A stretch of DNA of 64,000 bases from Clostridia bacterium (GTDB taxonomy: Bacteria; Bacillota; Clostridia; Christensenellales; CAG-314). Shown piece by piece: positions 20,307 to 30,130 of the stretch. The position numbers were made by a program, and so were the translations under genes. Where the stretch lies: contig JAFVYC010000024.1 in assembly GCA_017500855.1 (NCBI GenBank), positions 8,330 through 72,329 on the forward strand, given 5' to 3'. The notes under the pieces were generated by a model, which ran no database searches, had not been told where the DNA came from, and saw only the letters and a program-made list of their open reading frames with translations. Each line of letters starts with the position of its first letter. Positions within the stretch are counted from its first letter, which is position 1.

Positions 20307-21398
20307 ATGTACAGTACCGAGGAAAAAATTTGCATATTGTTTGGGCAACTTGCCATCAGCGCCAAAAAGTTCTACAAATTGTTGGACTACTTTGGTGATG
20401 CAATTTGTTTGTCTAGGGAAATTTTCAACAATCAAGATGCCGAACAAATTGTTGGGGAGGAATACAGGGCGCTTTGCTCTGCATTGAAGGACGGAAAACT
20501 GCTGGAACAAACGCTTGCTCGCATGCAAGACAACGGCATTGTTGCCGTGACTTGTTTTTCGCAAAACTTCCCAAGTTCCGTCAGGGATTTGGAAGATCCA
20601 CCCTACGTTTTCTTTTGCAAAGGGGACGTGGCGCTACTCAACAGCAAGTGTTTGGCAGTTGTTGGCACACGCAAAGTTTCCTCCTACGGGCGCCGTTTGG
20701 CAAAGGATTTCACGGCAATTTTGTCGGAAAACTTCACAATTGTCAGCGGGCTTGCCTACGGTGTGGACAGCATTGCCCACGAAACTTGCCTAGAACACAA
20801 TGGCAAAACCATTGCCGTGCTGGGTGGTGGAATTATCAAAGTGTACCCATCGGCAAACCAACAACTTGCCGACAGAATTGTGGAACAAGGTGGATTGCTC
20901 ATCTCCGAGTACGGCATTGATGCGCAACCTGCTCCCTACCGTTTTCCACACCGCAACCGAATTGTTGCTGGGCTTTCGGTGGGATTGTTTGTGTGCCAAG
21001 CGCCACTAAAAAGTGGAACGTTTTCCACTGTGGAATGCGCTTTGGAACAAGGAAAAGACGTTTTTGTTGTTCCCGGGGAAGTGTACGACGTGAACTTTTC
21101 CGGAAGCAACTCGCTTATAAAAAGCATGCAAGGCGCATGCGTCACAACGCCAAGGGACATTGAAAGTTTCTACCACTTGGATGTTCAAAAGAAACAAAAG
21201 GCTGTTGTGCAACTTTCCATTTTCGAACAAAAAATTGTGGACGTTGTGTCCGTGGGCAAAGTTTCCTTCGATGAAATCGTTCAGCAAACGGGCATTCAAC
21301 CGCAGGAACTCAATTTTTTGTTGGCAAATTTGGAATTGAAGAGTATAATTGCTAGGTTACCGGGGAATTGCTACCGGTTATACGGAGGAATTGAATGA
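20307..21398 (+). CDS. dprA: DNA-processing protein DprA
   Basis: AVVGTR, SGLAYGVD and FPHRNRIVAG; C-terminal winged helix. Confidence 0.95.
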   Translation: MYSTEEKICILFGQLAISAKKFYKLLDYFGDAICLSREIFNNQDAEQIVGEEYRALCSALKDGKLLEQTLARMQDNGIVAVTCFSQNFPSSVRDLEDPPYVFFCKGDVALLNSKCLAVVGTRKVSSYGRRLAKDFTAILSENFTIVSGLAYGVDSIAHETCLEHNGKTIAVLGGGIIKVYPSANQQLADRIVEQGGLLISEYGIDAQPAPYRFPHRNRIVAGLSVGLFVCQAPLKSGTFSTVECALEQGKDVFVVPGEVYDVNFSGSNSLIKSMQGACVTTPRDIESFYHLDVQKKQKAVVQLSIFEQKIVDVVSVGKVSFDEIVQQTGIQPQELNFLLANLELKSIIARLPGNCYRLYGGIE

Positions 21399-23614
21399 AA
21401 CTAGTCATTGTGGAATCACCTGCAAAGGCAAAAACCATTGCAAAGTACCTTGGAGCAGGCTACAAAGTAGATGCTTCCAAAGGTCACATTTGGGATTTGC
21501 CGGAAAAAACAATGGGCATAGATTTCCAACACAACTACGAGCCACAACTTTCGGCTCGCAAAACTGAACAAAAGGAAACCATTGCACGCTTGAAAACGGA
21601 AGTTGCCAAAGCCGAACAAGTTTTTCTCGCAACCGACCCGGACCGAGAAGGCGAAGCAATTTCCTACCACTTGCAATGTGCGTTGAACCTTGATCCAAAC
21701 CAAAAAAATCGCATCATGTTCAACGAAATTTCCAAAAAAGCAGTAAATCAGGCAATACAAAACCCCGACTACGTAAACAAAGGGTTGGTGTTTGCGCAAC
21801 AAGCACGCCGTGTTTTGGACAGACTTGTTGGCTACACGCTTTCGCCTGTGCTTTGCAAAAAAATTCGCAACAAACTTTCCGCCGGTCGTGTTCAATCGGC
21901 TGCTTTGCGCATTGTCGTGGACAGGGAAAAGGAAATTACCAACTTCAAGCCGGAAGAATTTTGGAACGTTTCGGCACTTTTGGAAAAACCAAGGTGCAAA
22001 CCACAGTTCAAAACTTCCCTGACGGAAAAAGACGGAAGGAAATTCAAAATCAAAAACAAGCAACAATGCGACGAGGCTTTGCAAGTGTTGAACAGCAACG
22101 CCTACGTTGTCAAGAGTGTCAAAAAGGGCATTTCCCAAAGCAAACCTCAACCACCTTTCACAACAAGCACGTTGCAACAAGATGCTGTCAACAAGTTGAA
22201 AATGAGCAGTAGTGTTGCAATGAGCGTTGCTCAACAGTTGTACGAAGGTATTGACATCCCCGGTATGGGCCATGTTGCGTTGGTAACCTACATTCGTACC
22301 GACTCGGTGCGTGTCAGCGCTGATGCAGTTGCTTCGGCTCGTCAGTACATTTCCCAAGTGTACGGACCAAAGTACGTGCCATCCAAGCCCAATTTCTACG
22401 CTTCCAAAAAGCAAGCGCAAGATGCGCACGAAGCAATTCGCCCCATCAATTTGGAAATCACGCCACAATCCATCAAGGACAAGGTGCAACGCAACCAGTA
22501 CGCATTGTACAAACTCATCTACGAAAGGTTTTTGGCAAGCCAAGCATCCAACGCAACCTACAACACAATGACTGTCAACGTTGGTTGTGGTCAGTACGGA
22601 CTTACTGCAACGGGAAAATCCATGATTTTCGACGGATTTTTGGCAATTTACGGCGAAATCAAGTCCAAGGACGAGGACGCTGTGGAAAATGCAGTTTTGC
22701 CTGCTTTGGAAGAAGGCGACGTGTTGAACCTTGTCAAATTGACGCACGAACAAAAATTTACAAAAGCGCCTGCTCGCTACACCGAAGCAAGTTTGATCAA
22801 AGCAATGGAAGAAAAGGGCATTGGCCGTCCAAGCACCTACGCAACCATCATGCAAACGCTGTACAAGCGAGACTACGTCGGCAAGGATGGAAAATTCCTT
22901 GTTCCCAGTGCGCTTGGCATTCAAGTGACGGAGTACTTGCAACAGTACTTCGACGAAGTTGTAAACATTCGCTTCACGGCTGAAATGGAAGACAAACTGG
23001 ACGCCATCGAAGAAAACGGCGAAGAGTGGTACAAAGTGGTGGATGAATTCTACAAGTCCATCGAAAAGAAAGTTGGCGTTGCCATGAAGGGAGAAAAAGT
23101 TTTTGTTCCCGACGAAGTGACGGACGTTGTTTGCGACAAATGTGGTAGCCCAATGGTCATCAAAACAGGCAAATTTGGCAAGTACCTTGCTTGCAGTAAT
23201 TTCCCCGCTTGCTCCAACAACAAGAGTTTGAAGCAAAAAACGCCACCAAAGGAAACAAACTTTGTATGCGACATTTGTGGCGGAAAAATGTTGGAAAGGG
23301 AAGGCAAGTTTGGCAAATATCTTGCTTGTAGCAACTTCCCAATGTGCAAAAACACCAAACCCATCAACGAAATTGTGGCAAAATGCCCCAAGTGTGGCAA
23401 GGACGTTGTCAAGCGTGTTTCCAAGCGTGGCAAAGCTTTCTACGGTTGCACGGGCTACCCAACTTGCGACTTTGTTTCGTGGGACGTGCCAACCGGCAAA
23501 AAGTGCCCACAATGCGGTGCGCACACAGTTGTCAGGGAGTATCGTGGCAAAAAACAAGAACGTTGCTCCAACAAGGAATGCAACTACAACGGTGGTGAAC
23601 TAAGTGAAAGTTAA
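21395..23614 (+). CDS. topA: DNA topoisomerase I
   Basis: IVESPAKAKTI, DPDREGE, SAGRVQS and TYIRTD; C-terminal Zn ribbons. Confidence 0.97.
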   Translation: MKLVIVESPAKAKTIAKYLGAGYKVDASKGHIWDLPEKTMGIDFQHNYEPQLSARKTEQKETIARLKTEVAKAEQVFLATDPDREGEAISYHLQCALNLDPNQKNRIMFNEISKKAVNQAIQNPDYVNKGLVFAQQARRVLDRLVGYTLSPVLCKKIRNKLSAGRVQSAALRIVVDREKEITNFKPEEFWNVSALLEKPRCKPQFKTSLTEKDGRKFKIKNKQQCDEALQVLNSNAYVVKSVKKGISQSKPQPPFTTSTLQQDAVNKLKMSSSVAMSVAQQLYEGIDIPGMGHVALVTYIRTDSVRVSADAVASARQYISQVYGPKYVPSKPNFYASKKQAQDAHEAIRPINLEITPQSIKDKVQRNQYALYKLIYERFLASQASNATYNTMTVNVGCGQYGLTATGKSMIFDGFLAIYGEIKSKDEDAVENAVLPALEEGDVLNLVKLTHEQKFTKAPARYTEASLIKAMEEKGIGRPSTYATIMQTLYKRDYVGKDGKFLVPSALGIQVTEYLQQYFDEVVNIRFTAEMEDKLDAIEENGEEWYKVVDEFYKSIEKKVGVAMKGEKVFVPDEVTDVVCDKCGSPMVIKTGKFGKYLACSNFPACSNNKSLKQKTPPKETNFVCDICGGKMLEREGKFGKYLACSNFPMCKNTKPINEIVAKCPKCGKDVVKRVSKRGKAFYGCTGYPTCDFVSWDVPTGKKCPQCGAHTVVREYRGKKQERCSNKECNYNGGELSES

Positions 23615-24905
23615 AGTTATCGGTGGTGGCTTTGCCGGTTGCGAAGCCTGCTACCAATTGTTGAAAAGGGGTGTGGACGTCACACTTGTGGAAATGAAAA
23701 AGTTGAAAAAAACACCTGCGCACAGTTTGGATACCTTGTGTGAAGTTGTGTGCTCCAACTCTTTCAAAAGTGACGACGTTTCCACGTCCAGCGGACTGCT
23801 CAAAGCGGAAATGCGCATGTTAGACAGTCTTGTTTTGAAGGTTGCCGAAAGGTGCAAAGTGCCTGCAGGCAACGCACTTGCGGTAGATCGCAATTTGTTC
23901 AGTCAAGAAATAACCAACGAACTGAACAAATTTGAAAATTTTTCCCAAATTGACGCAGTTTGCGACAGTTTGGATACCGACGGCTACGATTTTGTGATTG
24001 TTGCAACGGGGCCGTTGACGGACGAAAAACTTATTCCAAGTTTTCAACAAATTTTTGGCAAGGAATTTTTGTACTTTTTCGATGCAGTTGCGCCCATTGT
24101 CACGGCGGAAAGCATCGACTACAACAGCGCTTTCGTGGCAAGTCGCTACGGCAAGGGCTCGGCAGACTACTTGAACTGCCCCATGAACAAGCAAGAGTAC
24201 TTGCATTTCTACGAACAACTTGTTGGCGCAGAAGTTGTTGAACTGAAAGATTTCGAAAACAACGTGTTTGAAAGTTGCATGCCCATTGAAGTGATGGCAA
24301 AGCGTGGCGCAGACACAATGCGTTTTGGCCCGTTGAAGCCTGTTGGCTTGATGGACGAGCGTGTTGGTGTTCGCCCCTACGCCGTGTTGCAGCTGCGCAA
24401 GGGAAATGCCGAAGGCACGTTGTACAACCTTGTGGGATTTCAAACTCACTTGAAATTCCCCGAACAAAAACGGGTGTTCAGTTTGATTCCTGCGCTCAAA
24501 AATGCCGAATTTGTTCGCTATGGCGTGATGCATCGCAACACCTACATCAATGCGCCAAAATTTTTGAACAGATATTTCCAACTGAAGAGCAATCCAAAAC
24601 TGTTTTTTGCAGGTCAAATCACAGGTGTGGAAGGCTACATGGAGTCAACCATGAGTGGCTTGATTGCTGCAATTCAAGGATATCTCATTGCAAGTGGGCG
24701 TGAACCCTTGCAATTCCCCAACGAAACGATGATTGGGGCGTTGTGTAGCCACGTTTCGGAAGAATTTGGCGAGTACAGCCCAATGAACAGCAATTTTGGC
24801 ATTCTCACGCCAATTGTTCCACACATTCGAGACAAGTCTGCACGCAAAGTTGCCTTGTCCGAACGGGCGTTGGAAATTACAAAACAACTAGTAACTAACC
24901 TTTAA
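23604..24905 (+). CDS. trmFO: Folate/FAD-dependent tRNA m5U54 methyltransferase
   Basis: IGGGFAGCEA, VCSNS and AGQITGVEGY. Confidence 0.96.
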   Translation: MKVKVIGGGFAGCEACYQLLKRGVDVTLVEMKKLKKTPAHSLDTLCEVVCSNSFKSDDVSTSSGLLKAEMRMLDSLVLKVAERCKVPAGNALAVDRNLFSQEITNELNKFENFSQIDAVCDSLDTDGYDFVIVATGPLTDEKLIPSFQQIFGKEFLYFFDAVAPIVTAESIDYNSAFVASRYGKGSADYLNCPMNKQEYLHFYEQLVGAEVVELKDFENNVFESCMPIEVMAKRGADTMRFGPLKPVGLMDERVGVRPYAVLQLRKGNAEGTLYNLVGFQTHLKFPEQKRVFSLIPALKNAEFVRYGVMHRNTYINAPKFLNRYFQLKSNPKLFFAGQITGVEGYMESTMSGLIAAIQGYLIASGREPLQFPNETMIGALCSHVSEEFGEYSPMNSNFGILTPIVPHIRDKSARKVALSERALEITKQLVTNL

Positions 24906-24917
24906 GGAGGTACAAAA

Positions 24918-25469
24918 ATGGCAGAAGTTTTTGCTGATACAATCAAAGGAACGACCATTTGCGGAGTAAAACGCAACGGTCAAATTGCCATTGCAGGGGA
25001 TGGACAAGTCACTCAAGGGCAAAACGTAATTTTGAAGGGCAATGCAGTCAAGGTGCGCCGAATCTACGATGGCAAAATCATCACAGGTTTTGCAGGTTCC
25101 GTTGCCGATGCATTCACCCTTTCGGAAAAATTTGAAGAAATGCTACAAAAATTCAGTGGCAATTTGCTTCGCAGTGCTGTGGAAGTGGCGCAACTTTGGC
25201 GCAGAGACAGCATCATGCGCAAGCTTGAAGCAATGATGCTTGTTGCCGACAAGGACAACATCTACTTGCTGTCCGGAACAGGCGACGTCATCGAACCGGA
25301 CGACGGCGTTGTTGCCATCGGTAGCGGTGGAAACTACGCACTTGCAGCAGGCAAGGCATTGTACCGCAACACCGATTTGCCCGCCAAGGACATTGCTCGC
25401 AAAGCGTTGGAAATTGCCAGCGAAATTTGCGTGTTCACTAACGGACACATCACGGTAGAGGAGGCGTAG
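24918..25469 (+). CDS. hslV: ATP-dependent protease peptidase subunit
   Basis: [20 protein letters not shown] and GSGGNYA. Confidence 0.96.
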   Translation: MAEVFADTIKGTTICGVKRNGQIAIAGDGQVTQGQNVILKGNAVKVRRIYDGKIITGFAGSVADAFTLSEKFEEMLQKFSGNLLRSAVEVAQLWRRDSIMRKLEAMMLVADKDNIYLLSGTGDVIEPDDGVVAIGSGGNYALAAGKALYRNTDLPAKDIARKALEIASEICVFTNGHITVEEA

Positions 25470-25472
25470 AAC

Positions 25473-26759
25473 ATGACTCCAAGAGAAATAGTTCAACAAT
25501 TGGACAAGTACATCGTCGGTCAATTCCAAGCAAAAAAGGCTGTGGCAATTGCCCTTCGCAACAGATACCGTCGTAGCAAACTTTCCCCTGCCGACAGGGA
25601 AGAAATCACTCCAAAAAACATCATCATGAAGGGCCCAACAGGCGTGGGCAAAACGGAAATTGCTCGCCGTTTGGCAAAACTTGTCAAGGCGCCTTTTTTG
25701 AAGGTGGAAGCAACAAAGTACACGGAAGTTGGCTACGTTGGACGTGACGTGGAAAGCATGATTCGTGACCTTGTGGAAGTTGCCATTCGTTTGGTAAAGG
25801 ACGAAAGGTACAAGGAAGTTGAGCAACGTGCAACGGAAATTGCCGTAGAACGCATTGCCGACATACTGCTCAAAACCGGCAAGGATTTGCCCGACGGCAT
25901 TTCCAAAGTGGCGCTAAAGGACGAAATTGGCAAGCATCATCTCGACCAAATGCCCATTGAAATTTCCGTTGCCGACGTTCCAAAGCCACTTGAACTTGGC
26001 GTTGGCGGTGGTAGTGAAATCAATCTTGGCTCCATTTTTGGCGACATCATGCCCAAAAAGACCAAAAAACGCACCGTGACCGTTGCTGAAGCATTCCGAA
26101 TTTTCCTTTCGGAAGAAAGTGAAAAACTCATTGATTTGGACAGCGTGGAAGCTGAAGCAATCAAACGTGCGGAAAACGACGGCGTAATTTTCATTGACGA
26201 AATGGACAAAATTGCCGGCGCATCTTCCAAAAACGGCCCAGACGTTTCCCGTGAGGGCGTTCAACGTGACATTTTGCCCATTGTGGAAGGTTGCACGGTA
26301 AGCACCAAGTACGGCAACATCAAAACCGACTACATTTTGTTTATTGCAAGCGGTGCATTCCACGTTAGCAAAGTCAGCGATCTCATCCCCGAATTGCAAG
26401 GCCGTTTCCCCGTGCTTGTGCAACTGGACAGCCTTGGCGTGGACGAATTCGTCAAGATTTTGACAGTGCCACAAAACGCCATCACCGAGCAGTACAAAAA
26501 ACTTTTGAGTGTGGACAACATTGATTTGCAATTTACCGACGAAGGTATTTTGGAAATTGCCAAAGTTGCCTACGAGCAAAACAACACCTTGGAAGACATT
26601 GGCGCAAGAAGATTGCAAAGCATCATGGAACACATTGTTGCCGACATTTCCTACGATATCAACGACGACGGTCAACGCCGTGAGTTTGTAATTGACAAAG
26701 AGTACGTGGAACAAAACTTCCGTACTGAAAGCAGAAATTTGAAAAAATACGTTTTGTAA
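25473..26759 (+). CDS. hslU: ATP-dependent protease ATPase subunit
   Basis: GPTGVGKTE, EVGYVGRD, PELQGRFP and IGARRL. Confidence 0.96.
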   Translation: MTPREIVQQLDKYIVGQFQAKKAVAIALRNRYRRSKLSPADREEITPKNIIMKGPTGVGKTEIARRLAKLVKAPFLKVEATKYTEVGYVGRDVESMIRDLVEVAIRLVKDERYKEVEQRATEIAVERIADILLKTGKDLPDGISKVALKDEIGKHHLDQMPIEISVADVPKPLELGVGGGSEINLGSIFGDIMPKKTKKRTVTVAEAFRIFLSEESEKLIDLDSVEAEAIKRAENDGVIFIDEMDKIAGASSKNGPDVSREGVQRDILPIVEGCTVSTKYGNIKTDYILFIASGAFHVSKVSDLIPELQGRFPVLVQLDSLGVDEFVKILTVPQNAITEQYKKLLSVDNIDLQFTDEGILEIAKVAYEQNNTLEDIGARRLQSIMEHIVADISYDINDDGQRREFVIDKEYVEQNFRTESRNLKKYVL

Positions 26760-26778
26760 CATACAGGAGAAAAAAAAC

Positions 26779-28575
26779 ATGGCAGAACTTTTGAACGGTC
26801 AAAAACGCACCCACATGTGTGGAGAACTTTCCACAGCGCATGTTGGGCAAGAAGTTACCTTGATGGGTTGGGTTCATCGCAGGCGTGACCTTGGTGGACT
26901 GATCTTTTTGCAACTTCGTGACAGAAGTGGCATTTCCCAAGTTGTTTTCGACACTGACGTTTGCACAAAAGACCTTTTGGAAAAAGCAAGCACAATCAAG
27001 CTTGAGTACGTTGTTTCCGTTGTGGGCAAAGTGCGCATGCGTGTTGGTAACAACATCAACAAAAACATGAAAACAGGCGAAATTGAAGTTGTTGCAGAGC
27101 AACTTGCAATTTTGTCCGAAGCAGACACAACTCCATTTTCCGTTGGTGACGACGGCGCAAACGAATCGTTGCGCTTGAAGTATCGCTACTTGGATTTGCG
27201 CAGAGAAAAATTGCAGTACAACCTTGTGACAAGAAGCAAAATTTGCCAAATCACACGCAACTACCTTGCTGATTTGGGATTTTTGGAAATTGAAACGCCA
27301 ATGCTTGGCAAATCCACACCGGAAGGCGCAAGAGACTACCTTGTTCCAAGCCGTGTGCATCCCGGCAGTTTCTATGCGCTTCCACAATCCCCACAAATCT
27401 ACAAGCAGTTGTTGATGATTGGTGGAATGGATCGCTACTTCCAAATTGCAAAGTGCTTCCGTGACGAAGACTTGCGTGCAAACCGTCAACCAGAATTCAC
27501 ACAAATTGACTTGGAAATGAGTTTTGTTGACCAGGAAGAAGAAGTGATGACTGTGACTGAAGGCTTGCTTCGCAAAATGTTCAAGGAAATTCGCAACGTA
27601 GATTTGCCGGAAAAATTCCTTCGCATGCCTTGGAAACAAGCAATGGATTTGTACGGAAGTGACAAGCCCGACCTTCGCTTTGGTTTGGAAATTCAAAATC
27701 TTGACGAAACTGTAAAAGACAGCAGTTTTGTTGTGTTCCAAAATGCGTTGAAAGACGGTGGCACAGTGCGTGCAATTGTGTTGCCGGAAGGCGCCGACAA
27801 ACTTTCCCGCAAGGATTTGGACAAACTTGTTGACTTTGTCAAGGCCTACAGGGCAAAGGGACTTGCTTGGTACGGACTTGGCAAGGACGGCACAAAATGC
27901 AGTTTTGCAAAGGCTGTGACGGCGGAAGAATTGCAAGCAATTTCCAGCGCATTGAACATGAAGCAAGGCGACATTGCATTGATTGTTGCCGACTCCAGTT
28001 GGAACACGGCAGTTGTTTCCTTGGGCGCACTTCGTTGCCACTTGGCAAGCAAATTCCAACTCTACAAAGCAGGCGACTTTGCTGCATTGTGGGTTGTGGA
28101 CTTCCCACTGTTCGAGTACTCGGAGGAAGAACAACGCTACGTTGCAATGCATCACCCGTTTACAAGCCCCAAAAACGAGGACTTGCAGTACATGAGAACC
28201 GATCCGTCCAGAGTGCGTGCAAAGGCGTACGACGTTGTTATCAACGGTGACGAAATTGGTGGTGGTAGCATGCGTATCTACAACCGTGACGTACAAAAAC
28301 TCATGTTCGAAACACTTGGCTTCTCCGACGAACAAATTGCCGACAGGTTTGGTTTCTTCGTGGATGCATTCAAGTACGGCACGCCTCCACACGGCGGACT
28401 TGCATTGGGCCTTGACCGTTTGGTAATGGTGTTGACCGACACTCTCAACATCAAGGACGTTATTGCTTTCCCCAAAATGCAAAATGCAAGTTGCATGATG
28501 ACGGAAGCGCCAGCCCCAGTAGACGACAAGCAATTGGACGAACTAAAAATCAAGTGCGAGGAACAAGATGACTGA
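26779..28575 (+). CDS. aspS: Aspartate--tRNA ligase
   Basis: RTHMCG, PEGARDY, FRDEDLRANRQPEF and PPHGG. Confidence 0.97.
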   Translation: MAELLNGQKRTHMCGELSTAHVGQEVTLMGWVHRRRDLGGLIFLQLRDRSGISQVVFDTDVCTKDLLEKASTIKLEYVVSVVGKVRMRVGNNINKNMKTGEIEVVAEQLAILSEADTTPFSVGDDGANESLRLKYRYLDLRREKLQYNLVTRSKICQITRNYLADLGFLEIETPMLGKSTPEGARDYLVPSRVHPGSFYALPQSPQIYKQLLMIGGMDRYFQIAKCFRDEDLRANRQPEFTQIDLEMSFVDQEEEVMTVTEGLLRKMFKEIRNVDLPEKFLRMPWKQAMDLYGSDKPDLRFGLEIQNLDETVKDSSFVVFQNALKDGGTVRAIVLPEGADKLSRKDLDKLVDFVKAYRAKGLAWYGLGKDGTKCSFAKAVTAEELQAISSALNMKQGDIALIVADSSWNTAVVSLGALRCHLASKFQLYKAGDFAALWVVDFPLFEYSEEEQRYVAMHHPFTSPKNEDLQYMRTDPSRVRAKAYDVVINGDEIGGGSMRIYNRDVQKLMFETLGFSDEQIADRFGFFVDAFKYGTPPHGGLALGLDRLVMVLTDTLNIKDVIAFPKMQNASCMMTEAPAPVDDKQLDELKIKCEEQDD

Positions 28576-28996
28576 AAAAGCATTGGTACTCAAAGTTGAC
28601 AAAGACTTTGTTCAAGTTAGAATTGGCAGAAATTCCGCATGCGCTGCTTGTGGCAAATGTGGCATGACGGAAGGCCAAAAACACATAGACGTGTATGCAA
28701 AAAACAACTGCGAAGCAAAAGTTGGCGACACTGTTGAAGTGGAAATTCCCGAAGCAAGCACAGCAGGATTGGCACTTGTTGCCTACGGTATTCCACTTTT
28801 GCCTGCATTGGTAGTTTTCTTTGCAATGGTGCTCTCTAACCTTCCCGAATGGGCTTCCATTTTGGGTTTTCTTGGGGGCTATGCAGTTGGTTTCGCAGTG
28901 CTTGCAATTTTGGACAAAGCCCGCAAACACAAGTGGGCGCAAAGTCCCGTTGCAACAAAAGTTATTCAAACAGCACCAACGTGTGCAGAAAAATAA
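28568..28996 (+). CDS. RseC/MucC family membrane protein
   Basis: RNSACAACGKC, AKVGDTVEV and AYGIPL; two transmembrane segments. Confidence 0.85.
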   Translation: MTEKALVLKVDKDFVQVRIGRNSACAACGKCGMTEGQKHIDVYAKNNCEAKVGDTVEVEIPEASTAGLALVAYGIPLLPALVVFFAMVLSNLPEWASILGFLGGYAVGFAVLAILDKARKHKWAQSPVATKVIQTAPTCAEK

Positions 28997-29014
28997 AATA
29001 AAGGAGGAATTTTT

Positions 29015-29326
29015 ATGAGTAATTTGCCAGAAATATCAACAAATTTTGATGAATTTATCAAAGAAGGCGTTGTTGTGGTAGACTTTTGGGCTCCATGGTG
29101 TGGCCCATGCAAAATGCTTGGCCCAATCTTCGACGAAGTGGCAAGCAAACTTCCCACAGCAAAGTTTGGCAAAGTCAACGTAGACGATGCGCACGAACTT
29201 GCAAGATCCTACCAAGTTCGCAGTATTCCAAACGTTTGCATTTTCAAAAACGGTCAACTTGTTGACAGAATCGTTGGTCTTTGCGACGAACACGAATTGG
29301 CTTCCACAATTCAAAAATATTTGTAG
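29015..29326 (+). CDS. trxA: Thioredoxin
   Basis: DFWAPWCGPC. Confidence 0.96.
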   Translation: MSNLPEISTNFDEFIKEGVVVVDFWAPWCGPCKMLGPIFDEVASKLPTAKFGKVNVDDAHELARSYQVRSIPNVCIFKNGQLVDRIVGLCDEHELASTIQKYL

Positions 29327-29335
29327 AAATCTTTC

Positions 29336-29364
29336 AAAAACCCGACCACGTGGTCGGGTTTTTG
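29336..29364 (+). terminator. Terminator after trxA
   Basis: aaaaacccgacc-acgt-ggtcgggttttt. Confidence 0.85.
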
Positions 29365-29674
29365 TGTTTTAGAGCGCATTTTTTTGTTTACATTTCTACT
29401 GTTTGTTTTGGTTGTATTGCATTTGTTTTTTTTCAATTACAACTTACGTTTGCATGCCAGTACTGTTTTCTTTGCATTGATTGCATCTTTCCAATTATTT
29501 GTGAATTTTGCAATAAACTTTTTCCCCATGTTTGGTTGGTTTTGTTGCTTTGGCAGTTACACAACTTTGGGAATAGTTTTTTACTGCATTTGGTTTGTTT
29601 TTTTGTCATTTTTTATTTGTTGTTGCGTTCTTCAATTTTTTTTGTTATTTTGCAATAATTGTGTATACAAACAA

Positions 29675-29724
29675 TTGACTAGGGAAAGCATTAGTTGTAT
29701 AATATCCTAGTAAAAAGGTAGGAA
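29675..29724 (+). promoter_or_regulatory. SigA promoter with probable Rrf2/IscR operator
   Basis: TTGACT-17-TATAAT, then TCCTA-N9-TAGGA overlapping the transcription start and SD. Confidence 0.65.
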
Positions 29725-29728
29725 TACT

Positions 29729-30130
29729 ATGAAACTTTCATCCAAAGCAAGGTACGGCCTGTACGTGGCTGTGGAACTTGCAAAAAGGTACGAACAATCC
29801 GAGCCTGTTTCGGTGCAAACGTTGGCGCAAGCAACAGGCGTGACGGAAAAATATTTGGAACAAATCATTGCTTTGATGAAGAAGCAAAACGTTGTTGTGT
29901 CTTTGCGTGGTGCAGGTGGGGGCTACCGTTTGCGCCAAACTCCCGAGCAAACAACCGTTGGTCAAGTTTTGCGTGCTGTAGAAAACGACTTGCAAATTGT
30001 TGACTGTTTGCACGGCGAATGTTCCGGCAAGTGCAACTGCGTGATGTTCAATCTTTGGGACAAGTTGTACGAAAACATCAATTCCTATCTCGACACAATT
30101 TCTCTCAAAAATCTTTTGGAGGGGCTATGA
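29729..30130 (+). CDS. iscR: Rrf2 family regulator (IscR-like)
   Basis: MKLSSKARYG, YLEQI and RGAGGGY; Cys cluster DCLHGECSGKCNC. Confidence 0.85.
   Translation: MKLSSKARYGLYVAVELAKRYEQSEPVSVQTLAQATGVTEKYLEQIIALMKKQNVVVSLRGAGGGYRLRQTPEQTTVGQVLRAVENDLQIVDCLHGECSGKCNCVMFNLWDKLYENINSYLDTISLKNLLEGL

Noticed and set aside
21416-23557. Very long antisense ORFs (713 aa opposite topA; also opposite infB, aspS, smc and the PolC-like gene)
   Set aside because: They are in codon register with the sense genes and are explained by avoidance of TTA/CTA/TCA codons, the reverse complements of stops. The translations carry no motifs.
29384-29710. 108-aa F/L/C-rich ORF
   Set aside because: A by-product of T-rich low-complexity DNA; no SD; overlaps the iscR promoter.
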